Assembly (NCBI GenBank): GCA_963777315.1 | Contig: CAVZQC010000001.1 | Location: forward strand, 320,001 to 384,000 | Length of the DNA stretch: 64,000 nt | Source of the DNA: Vulcanimicrobiota bacterium | Lineage (GTDB): Bacteria > Vulcanimicrobiota > Vulcanimicrobiia > Vulcanimicrobiales > Vulcanimicrobiaceae | Reading direction: 5' to 3' | Shown here: in pieces, positions 19,925 through 30,147 of the stretch | Numbering within the stretch: position 1 is the stretch's first letter | Layout: each line of letters begins with the position of its first letter | Program-made: the position numbers and the translations under genes | Notes under the pieces: generated by a model | The model's input: the letters and a program-made list of their open reading frames with translations, nothing else | Told to the model about the DNA's origin: nothing | Databases searched by the model: none

Positions 19925-20998
19925 ATGGCGAAAACGCGCGTAATTGCTGCAATGAGCGGGGGCGTCGATTCCGCTGTTGCAGCGGGCCTGTTGGCCGAAG
20001 CGGGATACGACGTGATCGGCGTGACGATGAAGATGTACGCGTCGACGCGGCCCGCACATGCCAAGAGTTGCTGCGGCGTCGAAGATTTCGACGACGCGCG
20101 CCGCAGCGCCGGCGCGCTCGGCATTCCGCACTACGTGCTGAATTTTGAGCAAGCGTTTCGCCGCAGCGTCATCGAGCGCTTCGTCGACGACTACTCGCGA
20201 GGCCGCACTCCGAACCCGTGCGTTTCCTGCAATAACTTCGTGAAGCTGGGCACCCTGCGCGCGTACGCCGATTCGATCGGCGCGCAGTTCGTCGCCACGG
20301 GTCACTACGCGCGGCTGGAACACCGCCGGGATGGTCCGCATTTGTTTCGCGGCGCACGCCAAAAAGATCAGGCGTATGCGCTCGCTCAGCTCCAGAGCGC
20401 ACAGCTGTCCCGGCTGCTGCTGCCGTTGGGCGATTTGGATAAAGACTCTACCCGTGCGCATGCCCGTCGTTTGAGGCTTCCGGTGCACGACAAAGCCGAG
20501 TCGCAAGACATCTGCTTCGTCGAGGGCGGCGACTATCGGGACGTCCTCGCGCGCGACAAGCCCGACGTCTTTCGTGAGGGGAAAATCGTGACCCAAACGG
20601 GTGACGTTTTGGGCGCGCACCAAGGGGTGGCAAACTTCACCGTCGGACAGCGCCGCGGTTTGCCCTCCGGCCAAGCCGCGCGCTACGTTACACGCATCGA
20701 TGCAGCGACAAATACCGTGGTCGTGGGGCGCGAAGACGAACTGGATGCGGACGCTCTGATCGCCGACGCCGTGAACCTGATTCGTCCCGAGCGGTTCGCA
20801 AGCCCTCGCGCGCCGGTATTGGCGATGGTGCGCTATCGAACTACGCCGGCGCCGGCATACGCAACCATGAACGGTACGGTGCTCGAACTAGAATTCGAGC
20901 GCCCCGCCAAAGCCGTTTCTCCGGGGCAGCTCGTCGCGCTATTCGATCGCGATGGCGAAGAAGTGCTCGGCGGCGCTACGATCGCACGCGTGCAGTAG
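19925..20998 (+). CDS. mnmA: tRNA 2-thiouridine(34) synthase MnmA
   Basis: [10 protein letters not shown]-loop, [38 protein letters not shown]. Confidence 0.96.
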   Translation: MAKTRVIAAMSGGVDSAVAAGLLAEAGYDVIGVTMKMYASTRPAHAKSCCGVEDFDDARRSAGALGIPHYVLNFEQAFRRSVIERFVDDYSRGRTPNPCVSCNNFVKLGTLRAYADSIGAQFVATGHYARLEHRRDGPHLFRGARQKDQAYALAQLQSAQLSRLLLPLGDLDKDSTRAHARRLRLPVHDKAESQDICFVEGGDYRDVLARDKPDVFREGKIVTQTGDVLGAHQGVANFTVGQRRGLPSGQAARYVTRIDAATNTVVVGREDELDADALIADAVNLIRPERFASPRAPVLAMVRYRTTPAPAYATMNGTVLELEFERPAKAVSPGQLVALFDRDGEEVLGGATIARVQ

Positions 20999-21006
20999 CG
21001 GCAACT

Positions 21007-21586
21007 TCAGCATAGGTAGATCCCGGCTGCGCGGTTTTTCAGCATCTCGTTGAGCATCTCTATCAGGACGCTGCGCTTTTCGGCGTCCGGCGCGCCGGCG
21101 TAACTCGTATACCGCTGCTCGAGCAAGCTCTGCAGGCCCTCGCTGACGAGCTGGCGCGAATCTTCGGAGCCCGGAGCAGCACCGACCGGATTGAGCTGCC
21201 CATCGATTTTGTTGGTTTCCAGCAACCGCAAAATCGTATATTCGCACGCCGCGCGGCGGTAGATGTTGCGGCGCGAGCGCGATTCGGGCAGCGTCTGGCG
21301 CGAACGCATAAAGAATCCATGCTCTTCCAGCACGGCGATAGACTCGAAAACCATCGTGGTGCTCAGAAGGCCGAGATCTTTGCGAATCTGCTCTATCGTC
21401 GGATGGCAAACGCCCCGGTCGTCCGCGAGCATCGTCAAGTACACGTACATGCTCAGTCTGACGCGGGTTGAGGACATGGAAAAGAAACCCGCTCCACCAG
21501 GTCGGCAATTGCACCGCGGGTGCGCACTCGCTGGGCGCCTCCCTTTCGGGGGGAACGGCGTCGTGGACGACGTTTAAATCATCCAA
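21007..21586 (-). CDS. Winged-helix (HTH_36 / replication-initiator N-terminal-like) protein; one-base frameshift at about 21457
   Basis: GAGGTG RBS then TTG at 21586. The corrected frame reads LNPRQLSMYVYLTMLADDRGVCHPTIEQIRKDLGL...LEEHGF. Confidence 0.65.
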
Positions 21587-21736
21587 ATACAGGCACCTCG
21601 CGACCGGAAAACCGAGCGATATGGACCCGCATTTCAAAAAGCGAGCCCTTCGCGCCTTCGTAAAGGACCGTACAATAAATTGAATACGTTGCAGCCCGCA
21701 GCCGGCTTGCCGTTGCGCCGGGCAGCGTAAGCGGCT

Positions 21737-22819
21737 TTACGCCGTGGCCAGCTCCACGTCCGCGCGCACGTTCCAGTACGTGTCGCGAATGACCGGCTCG
21801 AATCCCGCCGTCCTTACTATCTGCTCGACGTCGCGGCGCGAGGCCTCGTTCGTCGAGCCGGCGTCATGCACGACTTGCTCCTCGATGATCGTGCCGCCCA
21901 TGTCGTCGCAGCCGTAAAACAGCGCGAGCTGACCCAATTTCAAGCCCGGCGTGAGCCAGGAGGCCTGCAGATGCGCGACGTTGTCCAAATATAAGCGCGA
22001 TACCGCCAGTACGCGCAAGTACTCCAGACCCGTAGCCTCCTTGCCGCGCAGCGGGGTCTTCCATGGAACGTAGTACCACGGGATGAACGCGGTAAAGCCG
22101 TTGGTCTCGTCCTGCAGGCTGCGGATTGCGTCCAAATGCGCGATCCGTTCGGCGCGCGTTTCGATCGACCCGAACATCATCGTGGCCGTGGTCGGCATGC
22201 CGAGCGACTGGGCTTCGCGCATCACGCCGATCCAATCGTCGGGTTTGACCTTGCGCGCGCTGATGCGTTTGCGCACGCGCTCGACCAAAATCTCCGCGCC
22301 CGCACCGGGCAGCGATTTCATGCCGGCATTTTTGAGGCGCAGCAGCACTTCGCGGCACGACAGGTTTTCGATTTTCGCCAGCCCCGCGACTTCCGATACC
22401 GAGAGCGAATGGATGTCGACGCCTGGATATTCGGCTGCCACCCTGCGGAAAAGCCGTTCGAACCATTCCAGGCGCAGTTCCGGGTTCACCCCGCCTTGGA
22501 TCATGATTTGCGTCGCGCCTTGATCGGCGGCGTGTTTAACGCGCGCCAGCACCTCGTCGTGCGACATCGTGTAGCCCTCTTTGTGTTTTTCCGGCCGGAA
22601 AAACGCGCAAAAGGTACAGTGCACGTTGCACACGTTCGTGTAATTGATCGTCGTGTCGATTACGTACGTCACGGTGTTCGTCGGGTAGAGCTGCATGCGC
22701 CGCGCGTGAGCCGCAGCGCCGAGATCGTGAATGTCGGCCTCCTGATAGACGCGCACGCCTTCTTCGTAACTCAGGCGCCGGCCGTCGGCGGCTTTTTCCA
22801 GCAGACTAAGAAGCGACAC
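21737..22819 (-). CDS. mqnC: Cyclic dehypoxanthine futalosine synthase MqnC
   Basis: INYTNVCNVHCTFCAF, QGGVNP, SLPGAGAEIL, TTATMMFG, QASW, DMGGTIIEE; next to mqnA. Confidence 0.9.
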   Translation of the reverse strand: MSLLSLLEKAADGRRLSYEEGVRVYQEADIHDLGAAAHARRMQLYPTNTVTYVIDTTINYTNVCNVHCTFCAFFRPEKHKEGYTMSHDEVLARVKHAADQGATQIMIQGGVNPELRLEWFERLFRRVAAEYPGVDIHSLSVSEVAGLAKIENLSCREVLLRLKNAGMKSLPGAGAEILVERVRKRISARKVKPDDWIGVMREAQSLGMPTTATMMFGSIETRAERIAHLDAIRSLQDETNGFTAFIPWYYVPWKTPLRGKEATGLEYLRVLAVSRLYLDNVAHLQASWLTPGLKLGQLALFYGCDDMGGTIIEEQVVHDAGSTNEASRRDVEQIVRTAGFEPVIRDTYWNVRADVELATA

Positions 22820-23636
22820 CGACGACCTCCGGAACGACTCTGGGAATGCGATCGATCGCACCGATGGCCGCCAGCTCGCGGCAGTACGCCGCCAGTCCGC
22901 GCTGCGCTGCGGAATGAAACGTAAAATTCAGCTTGCCGTAATAGATTTCGTAAAAGCCGGCAGGACGCGGTTTGAGGCTTTGCGCTTGCGCTATCACGCG
23001 ATCCCGGTTCGCACGTCCCCAAGAGTATGCGTCGGTAAGCGCGTGAAGGCAGGCGCGAACCTCTTCCAGGCGCCGTTCGAATATCTCACGCCTTGCCACC
23101 CACACTGCCGTCACCGACTGCTCACCGGTCCAATCGCGCCAGAGGGAGCCGAGATCGTAGACCTGTTCGGACGCAAACTCGAACGCCGCATCGATCGCGC
23201 AATCCCCGATGACCATTGCGGGCTCGCCGGCCCGAGCGTGCTCGAGCGGATCGTCGGTCTGCACGAACTGCGCGCGCACGCCGTATCGCCGTTCGAGCAG
23301 AATCGCAAGCAGACTGCGCCCGCTGGCCGATTCGCCGGTGGTGGCGATCTTCGCTCCGTCCAAAAGCGCCGGCGGCATGCCGGAGATCAGCAGCACGGAA
23401 ACGATTTCGTCGCGCGCGCCGATGCACAGGTCGGGCAACAGTGCGTAGCGCTGCGCGCCGGCCGCGTACTCGAATGCGCTCACGGGGCCCATGTCCAGTT
23501 CCCCGGAGCGCATCATCGCGTTCAGCCGCGCGGGAACGTCGGCCACCAGCGTACCGGGATACTCGACCACGCCTGCGTCGACCCCGCCGTAAATCGGCAG
23601 GTCGTTGACGTATTGCATGCGGCTGCAGCGCAGCAT
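22806..23636 (-). CDS. mqnA: Chorismate dehydratase MqnA (futalosine pathway)
   Basis: YVNDLP, DVPARLN, IGARDEIVSV, VIGDCA, DLGSLWRDWTG. Confidence 0.85.
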   Translation of the reverse strand: MLRCSRMQYVNDLPIYGGVDAGVVEYPGTLVADVPARLNAMMRSGELDMGPVSAFEYAAGAQRYALLPDLCIGARDEIVSVLLISGMPPALLDGAKIATTGESASGRSLLAILLERRYGVRAQFVQTDDPLEHARAGEPAMVIGDCAIDAAFEFASEQVYDLGSLWRDWTGEQSVTAVWVARREIFERRLEEVRACLHALTDAYSWGRANRDRVIAQAQSLKPRPAGFYEIYYGKLNFTFHSAAQRGLAAYCRELAAIGAIDRIPRVVPEVVGVAS

Positions 23637-24779
23637 CAAACCATGGCCTCTTCGCGCTCGAGCGGCGGAGCCCAATCATAGTCGAACTCTTCGTAAGTCG
23701 AATTGCGGCGCACCGGAACGTATCCCGCCTCTTCGATCAGCCGGCGGAATTCGCGGTCGTCGACATACTGACCCGAACGCGTTCCGGCGCTGTGGTAGAT
23801 CAGCTCTTCGTCGGTGCTGCCATGCGTGCCGTCCATGTCGTCGGCACCGAACGCCAGCGCAACCTGGCAGACTTTGAGTCCTTGAATCATCCAGTACGCT
23901 TTGACGTGATCGAAGTTGGACAGCATCAGCCGGGAAACCACAAACATGCGAATGTCGTCCAAGCCGGTGGTCCAACCGCAGTCGTTCAGTTCGTTGCCGT
24001 CCGGATGAAACGCCAGCGGAATGAACGCATTGTAGCCCGGCGAGCGATCCTGGGATCCGCGCAGCCGCACGAGATGGTCCAACCGGTCCTCGAGCGATTC
24101 GATGTGGCCGTACAGCATCGTCGCGTTCGAGGCTACGCCTTGGCGATGCAGCTCTTCATGGATCTCGAGCCATTTTTCCGAGCCGACTTTGCCCGGACAA
24201 ATTTTTTTGCGCGTCTCCTCGGCGAATATCTCCGCGCCGCCGCCGTTGACGTTGTCCAAGCCGGCTTCTTTGAGCAGGGCAATCATTGCGGCAAAACTCA
24301 TGCGGTGACGCTTGCACATGTACTCGATTTCCGCAGCGGTGAACAGCGACAGACTGCACGTGCGGAAGCCGCGCTTTGAAGCGGCGCATCAGCGGCAGCC
24401 AATAATCCAGCGACAGCTGGCGCGGGTCGTGGCCCCCGACGATGTGGATCTGGTTGAAGTTGGTGCCGGTTTCGAGCGCTTTACTCATCACGGCGTCTGC
24501 CGTCATGCGCATCGCACGCTGCGGTTCTTTGAACTCGTCGGCCGCAAACGAACAGAACTTGCAGCCCGCGTAACACACGTTGGTGGAATTGATGTAGCGG
24601 TTGAGGACGTAAAAGACTTTCTTGCCGCTCTTGCGTTCCTTTGCTGCGCGGGCAAGTCGTCCCAACGAGTGAATGTCCGGCGTGCGGAAAAGCACCAGGC
24701 CGTCGTCGATGGACAGAGGGACGCTTTGGTTTATCTTATGCTCGATCGGCTCGAGCGCGGGGTCCATCGGCAATGCCAC
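23636..24779 (-). CDS. mqnE: Aminofutalosine synthase MqnE; one-base frameshift at about 24353
   Basis: NRYINSTNVCYAGCKFCSF, HIVGG, GGGAEIF, NATMLYGHIE, HVKAYW, FGADDMDGT. Corrected junction HVQLSLFTAAEI. Confidence 0.88.
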
Positions 24780-24788
24780 GGGAGATCC

Positions 24789-25430
24789 TTATCGACTGCG
24801 GAGCGAACGCATTGTGCTTCGTACTGTACGGCGCGCGCCCTGGCGGCGCAAAGGACTTTTACCGCCCGCAAGTTCGACGAAGGCTGCGCCCAAAAGCGCG
24901 AGTATGCCGCCCAAGCATACTCCGCCCACGATGTCGGTCGGGTAGTGGGCGGCAAGCGCCAGGCGGGACCAAATGATCCCCAGCCACATCGCCGCAAGCA
25001 GTACGAACGACGGCCATCGAATCCATGCGGACAACTCGCTCATCACGAGCACTACGCCGGCCAGCAGGTAAAACGCCGTCGAGATGGCGGCATGCGAGCT
25101 CGGATACGAAAACGCATGCTCGTGGCGAATGAGCCAGTCCAATCGCCGCGGCCGCGCGAACAGGCGCTGGAAACCCGCAGCGCTTCCCCATGCCGCCAAG
25201 GCGACCGCGACGACGTAGAACGCCCGCACGCGCAGGCGGCGAACGAAAATGCCGGCTGCAATGCAAATCAAATACAGCGGACCGAGCACTTGGGCCCAAC
25301 CGGCGTTCGTGAACGCCCACGCAACCCATATGGCGTGGCCGCGCACCATTTTCGCAAAGGCCCAGAGCAGCGGCGGTTCTCCGTGCGCGTCGACGTACAG
25401 ACCGAGCCACCAAAACCCGGCGAACAGCAC
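24789..25430 (-). CDS. PAP2 family phosphatase (frame stays open further upstream; start uncertain)
   Basis: R.RP-like RPRR, SYPSSH, SRLALAAHYPTDIVGG. Confidence 0.88.
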   Translation of the reverse strand: MLFAGFWWLGLYVDAHGEPPLLWAFAKMVRGHAIWVAWAFTNAGWAQVLGPLYLICIAAGIFVRRLRVRAFYVVAVALAAWGSAAGFQRLFARPRRLDWLIRHEHAFSYPSSHAAISTAFYLLAGVVLVMSELSAWIRWPSFVLLAAMWLGIIWSRLALAAHYPTDIVGGVCLGGILALLGAAFVELAGGKSPLRRQGARRTVRSTMRSLRSR

Positions 25431-25473
25431 CAGTGCAGGAAAGACGAGCGCGGCAACTTTTCGGCCGCGGCCG

Positions 25474-27621
25474 TCAACCGCCGGTTGCGAAGAGATCCGG
25501 CTGTCCCCCTTGGATGCGGCCCAAGCGCGGCGCGATCTGTTCCAGCTCGCCCAAACCTATCAGAATGCGCCTGGGCTTGGTGCCTTCATGCGGGCCTACG
25601 ATTTTGAAATCTTCGAGTTGGCGCATGACGCGAACCGCGCGCGGATGTCCGACCGAGAACTGCGACTGCAACGCCGCCGTCGACGCGTAGTTGGTTTCGA
25701 TGATGAACTTGGCGGCATCGTAGCACAGCGGGTCGACGTCTTTTCGAGCTTCGTCGTCGTCGGAAATGGGCACGACTTCGACGTCGAGCAAATTCTGGGG
25801 ACGGCTTTGTCCGGCCCAGTAGCCGACCAAACGGTGCACCTCGCTGCCGGTGATCAGCGCTCCTTGCGAACGCACCGGTTTGGGCGCGTCGATCGGCAGG
25901 TACAGCATGTCGCCGCGCCCGAGCAGCCGTTCGGCGCCCGCCATGTCCAAGATCGTGCGGGAGTCGACTTGCGAGCTGACGGCGAACGCGATGCGCGAAG
26001 GGATGTTCGCCTTTATCAGCCCCGTTATAACGTCCACCGACGGCCGCTGCGTTGCAACGATCAGATGGATGCCCGTCGCGCGCGCCAGCTGCGCCAGGCG
26101 CATGATCGTGGTCTCGACCTTCGCCGGCGCGACCAGCATCAAATCGGCCAGTTCGTCGATGACGATCACCACATAGGGCAGTTTGTCGCCGGGAAACTTC
26201 GCGTTGTATTCCTGAATCTTGCGCACGCCGGCCTTGGCGAAGCGTTCGTAGCGCGCATCCATTTCCTTGGTCATCTCGAACAGCGCCCCGGCCGCCAAGC
26301 GCGCGTCGGTGATCACTTCTTTGATTAAATGCGGAATGCCGTTGTAAACGGTCAGCTCGACGCGCTTGGGATCGATCATGAGCATCTGCACTTGATCGGG
26401 AGTCGCACTCACGAGCAGCGAGGCGATGATCGTGTTCAAGCAAACGGATTTCCCTGAACCGGTTGCCCCTGCAACCAGCAGATGCGGCATGTTGTCCAAA
26501 TCGCCGAACACCGGACGTCCGGTGATGTCTTTGCCAAGCGCCATCCATAGCGGCGGCACCTGGCCGCGTTGCGGAAGCGCATCGAGAATCTCGCGGATCG
26601 AGACGACCGATACGGTTTTGTTCGGAACTTCGATTCCGACTGCCGATTTGCCCGGGATGGGCGCTTCGATGCGCACGCTCGTCGCCGCCAGCGCCAGCGC
26701 GATGTCGTCGGACAGCGCGGCGATGCGCGAAATCTTCACGCCGCGTTCGGGTTTGAGCTCGTAGCGCGTGATCGACGGGCCGCGCTCGATGTGCACGACC
26801 TTGGCGCCCACGCCGAACGACGCGAGCGTGTCTTCGAGCACATGCGATCGGGTGGAATCGTCCGCCGCCTGGGTTTGAGGCGGGTCGAACAGCGACAGGT
26901 CCGGCAGCCGGTATGCCGCACCCGGCTGCGGCCGGCGCGCCGGTCGCCCTGGTCCGGAATCGTTCTCGATGCTCTGATACGGCTGCGGCATGGCGATTGG
27001 CGCGGGAGCGGGGGCGTGCAACGGTTCGGGCGGTGATTGGAACGGTGCGATCGGCGCCGGCGCTCGGAAAGCATCTTTTCCGGCGGCTGAATCTTTCGGC
27101 AAGGCGAACGCGTTGCTCGGCAATCGCATCTGCGGCACGCGCATTTTCGAACACGCAAGCACCAGCCAGCCCAAAACTTTCTTGACCGAAACGTTGCTGA
27201 TCCACACCGCCAGCAAAAGCGCGGCAAGGCCGATGACGATGCGCGCTCCGGCAACGCCGATCAGCGCACGCAGCTCGTCCCAAATGTTGGAACCTACGAT
27301 GCCGCCGCGGCGCCCGAGCGCGGCATCGACGATGAGGAAGTAGCCCAACGCGGCAAATCCCAGCGTGCCGATCATTCGCGGAACGTTGATCTCCAAAAAG
27401 ACGATTGCACCCAGCAGCGCGACGAGCACGGGGAAGAGCGGCGCCGCCGCCCCAAACAGGACGTAGAGGACGTGAGCCGCTGCGCCGCCGGCAATGCCGG
27501 CGCGTGCAGGCGGCAAGGCCAGCGCGATTCCCAAGAGGACGGCGAGACCGATCGCGGCAATCCCCGCGATCTCAAAGTTCATCCGGTTTTTTGCGGTCGC
27601 CTTGCGGCGTACGCGGGCCAT
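25474..27621 (-). CDS. ftsK: DNA translocase FtsK/SpoIIIE
   Basis: N-terminal TMs, IEAPIPGKSAVGIEVPN, GATGSGKS, IDELADLM, ATQRPSVDV, gamma domain. Confidence 0.96.
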   Translation of the reverse strand: MARVRRKATAKNRMNFEIAGIAAIGLAVLLGIALALPPARAGIAGGAAAHVLYVLFGAAAPLFPVLVALLGAIVFLEINVPRMIGTLGFAALGYFLIVDAALGRRGGIVGSNIWDELRALIGVAGARIVIGLAALLLAVWISNVSVKKVLGWLVLACSKMRVPQMRLPSNAFALPKDSAAGKDAFRAPAPIAPFQSPPEPLHAPAPAPIAMPQPYQSIENDSGPGRPARRPQPGAAYRLPDLSLFDPPQTQAADDSTRSHVLEDTLASFGVGAKVVHIERGPSITRYELKPERGVKISRIAALSDDIALALAATSVRIEAPIPGKSAVGIEVPNKTVSVVSIREILDALPQRGQVPPLWMALGKDITGRPVFGDLDNMPHLLVAGATGSGKSVCLNTIIASLLVSATPDQVQMLMIDPKRVELTVYNGIPHLIKEVITDARLAAGALFEMTKEMDARYERFAKAGVRKIQEYNAKFPGDKLPYVVIVIDELADLMLVAPAKVETTIMRLAQLARATGIHLIVATQRPSVDVITGLIKANIPSRIAFAVSSQVDSRTILDMAGAERLLGRGDMLYLPIDAPKPVRSQGALITGSEVHRLVGYWAGQSRPQNLLDVEVVPISDDDEARKDVDPLCYDAAKFIIETNYASTAALQSQFSVGHPRAVRVMRQLEDFKIVGPHEGTKPRRILIGLGELEQIAPRLGRIQGGQPDLFATGG

Positions 27622-27657
27622 GGACTACGAACGTTCGTCACATGCCGGGGAGTTCAT

Positions 27658-28758
27658 TTGCCGACCCAAACCATCGTGATACTCGAAGGCGACCAAACCG
27701 GACAGGAATTGCTGCTCGAAGCGCTGCGCGTCATGGATCGTTCCGTTATCGGCATCGACCTCGATTTCGAACGCTACGATCTTTCGCTGGAGAATCGCCG
27801 CAAAACGGACAACGGCGTCGTCCGGCAAGCTGCAGTGGCGATGAAGCGCGCGCGGTTCGGGCTCAAGGCCGCCACCATTACGCCCGAGACTGCGGGCGAC
27901 GTCGGCTCGCCCAACGCGCTGCTGCGCAAAGCAATCGACGGCAAAGTGATCGTGCGCACCGGCCGGCGTCTGCCCGGCGTGCGGCCCGTCGCCGGCATCC
28001 ACGCGCCGATCTCGGTCGTTCGCATGGCCGTCGGCGATGCGTACGGAGCCAAGGAGTGGCGCGAGGGTGAAGGCGACGGCGAAGTTGCGTACCGCACCGA
28101 AGCGATCGAACGCAGCGTGTGCCGTTTCGTAGCCGAGTACGCATTTCGGCACGCCGAACGCATGAACGCCAAAGTGTTCGGCGGCCCCAAGTATACGGTC
28201 AGCCCGGTGTACGAAGGAATGCTCAAAGAGGAAATGGACGCCGCCGCCGCACGGCATCCGAACGTCACGTACGAACCGCAATTGATAGATGCGACGTATG
28301 CGCTGCTGCTGAGCACGGACGGCGAACGCGCGATGGTCATCCCTTCGCTCAATCGCGACGGCGACTGCCTTTCCGATTTGGTCATGCAGCTCTTCGGCTC
28401 AATTGCCGGTTCCGAATCCGTCCTGCTTTCGTTCGAATCGTCGCCCGCGGCGCACGGCTCGGCGGATTTCACGCCCACCGTCGTCATGGCAGAAGCGCCG
28501 CACGGCACCGCTCCGCGCCTGTTCGGCAAAAACGTGGCGAACCCGATGGCGATGATCCTGGCCGCCGCGGCGGTGCTGTCGCACGTGCGCGACAAGCGCG
28601 CGCAAGACGCTTCGCGAGCGATGTACGAATCGACGCTCGAGGCGGTGCACGAAGGTTTGGCGACCAGCGATTTGGGCGGTCACGCGTCGACGAGCGACTT
28701 CACCGACGGCGTCGTCGAACGCGTCAAACGCAAACTGGAGGTCTGGTCGACTTTATAG
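27658..28758 (+). CDS. Isocitrate/isopropylmalate dehydrogenase family protein
   Basis: LEGDQTGQE, KAATITP, SPNALLRK, GDCLSD, EAPHGTAP, ANPMAMILA, TSDLGG. Confidence 0.88.
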   Translation: MPTQTIVILEGDQTGQELLLEALRVMDRSVIGIDLDFERYDLSLENRRKTDNGVVRQAAVAMKRARFGLKAATITPETAGDVGSPNALLRKAIDGKVIVRTGRRLPGVRPVAGIHAPISVVRMAVGDAYGAKEWREGEGDGEVAYRTEAIERSVCRFVAEYAFRHAERMNAKVFGGPKYTVSPVYEGMLKEEMDAAAARHPNVTYEPQLIDATYALLLSTDGERAMVIPSLNRDGDCLSDLVMQLFGSIAGSESVLLSFESSPAAHGSADFTPTVVMAEAPHGTAPRLFGKNVANPMAMILAAAAVLSHVRDKRAQDASRAMYESTLEAVHEGLATSDLGGHASTSDFTDGVVERVKRKLEVWSTL

Positions 28759-30147
28759 CCGCGGATGCTCCAGGTGAAACCCCGTGCGCGCTTGATACCC
28801 CTTTGCAATCTGCGTGAGCGTGAATTCACCCCACGGCTTGCCCATCAGCGCAAGGCCGGTGGGCAGATGATTTTCGCCTAGTCCGTTGGGAACGCTGACG
28901 GCGGGCAAGCCCGCGAGATTTCCCGGACTGCCCATTTCGACGCTGCCCGAATACTTGTCGGGATACGCTTTGTCGAACGGAATCCCAACCGGATAGGCGA
29001 CGGTCGGCAAAGTCGGATACGCGAGCGCGTCATAGGACGCCAGTGCGCGCAGCAGCTCTTCGTTCAAAATCGCCCGGCGCCGCAGTCCGTCGACGTAATC
29101 CACCGCCAGCGAACCGTAGACTTCGTACCCGCCGATCCGATCGTCGACCGATTGGAGTTCGCGCGAACGCCCGCTCTCGATCAATTCGCGAAACGCCGAC
29201 GCGCACTCGCCGTTGAAGATTTCGCCGAATACCTCGCCGTACGGGCCCGGCGGCAAAGCAACGTCGGGAACCAGCTCGCAAAACTCGCCCAGCACCGCCA
29301 GCGCCGCGTTGAAGTTGCGCGCAACCTGCGGCTGCGTCTTGGAGACTGCATGCTTGACTATCGCGATCTTCGGGCGGCGCCCGCGGACGGTCGGATACGG
29401 TCGATCGAGCGATGTTTTATCGTTGGGATCGTGGCCGCCGATCGCCGCAAGCACGGCTTGCGCGTCGCGCGCGGAGCGGCACATCGGTCCCAGTTTGTCC
29501 GAGGTCCACATCAGCGCCATCGCGCCGTGCCGGCTCACTCGCCCGTACGTCGGGCGCAGCCCCGACACGCCGCAGAACGCGGAGGGCACCATGATCGAGC
29601 CGTTCGTTTCCGACCCTATGGCGAAGCCGACCAAACCGGCGGCCACCGCCGCGCCCGGCCCGCTCGACGATCCGCCGCTCCAAAAATTGCGATTCCACGG
29701 CGTTCGTCCGGGACCGGTGAACGAAGCATTTGCGTCGTTGTAGCCGAATCCGCCGGCCAGTTCCACCATCGCGAGCTTTGCGCACAGCACGGTGCCGGCG
29801 CTTGCGAGCTTGCGCACTACTGCAGCGTCGTAGTCGAACACTTGCGAGCGGTACGGAGCCGCACCCCAAGTCGTTGGCGCGCCGGTTGCGGCCAGCAAAT
29901 CCTTCGCGCCGTAAGGAACGCCGTGCAGCGGACCTCTCGCACGCCCCGCGGCCAGCTCTTTATCGGCCGAGCGCGCTTCACGCAACGCGCGATCGTGCAT
30001 GATCGTAACGACCGCGCCGTAGCTCTTGCCGTACTTGACCAAACGCGCGAGATAAATGCCGGTCAGTTCCACCGATGAAATTTTGCGCTTGGCGATCAGC
30101 GTGCCCAGCGCGAGCGCATCGGAAAACGCGAGCTGCTCTTGGGTCAT
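28753..30147 (-). CDS. Amidase signature family enzyme
   Basis: GPLHGVPYGAKDL, GGSSSG, GSETNGSI (Ser-cisSer-Lys triad). Confidence 0.92.
   Translation of the reverse strand: MTQEQLAFSDALALGTLIAKRKISSVELTGIYLARLVKYGKSYGAVVTIMHDRALREARSADKELAAGRARGPLHGVPYGAKDLLAATGAPTTWGAAPYRSQVFDYDAAVVRKLASAGTVLCAKLAMVELAGGFGYNDANASFTGPGRTPWNRNFWSGGSSSGPGAAVAAGLVGFAIGSETNGSIMVPSAFCGVSGLRPTYGRVSRHGAMALMWTSDKLGPMCRSARDAQAVLAAIGGHDPNDKTSLDRPYPTVRGRRPKIAIVKHAVSKTQPQVARNFNAALAVLGEFCELVPDVALPPGPYGEVFGEIFNGECASAFRELIESGRSRELQSVDDRIGGYEVYGSLAVDYVDGLRRRAILNEELLRALASYDALAYPTLPTVAYPVGIPFDKAYPDKYSGSVEMGSPGNLAGLPAVSVPNGLGENHLPTGLALMGKPWGEFTLTQIAKGYQARTGFHLEHPRL

Noticed and set aside
21590..21735. Possible riboswitch or ncRNA upstream of the wHTH gene
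   Set aside because: Some hairpin potential exists, but I could not match any known riboswitch consensus. A covariance-model search is needed.
21795..21806. tRNA T-loop-like GGCTCGAATCCC
   Set aside because: It lies within mqnC coding sequence (GFEP on the minus strand), with no cloverleaf around it.
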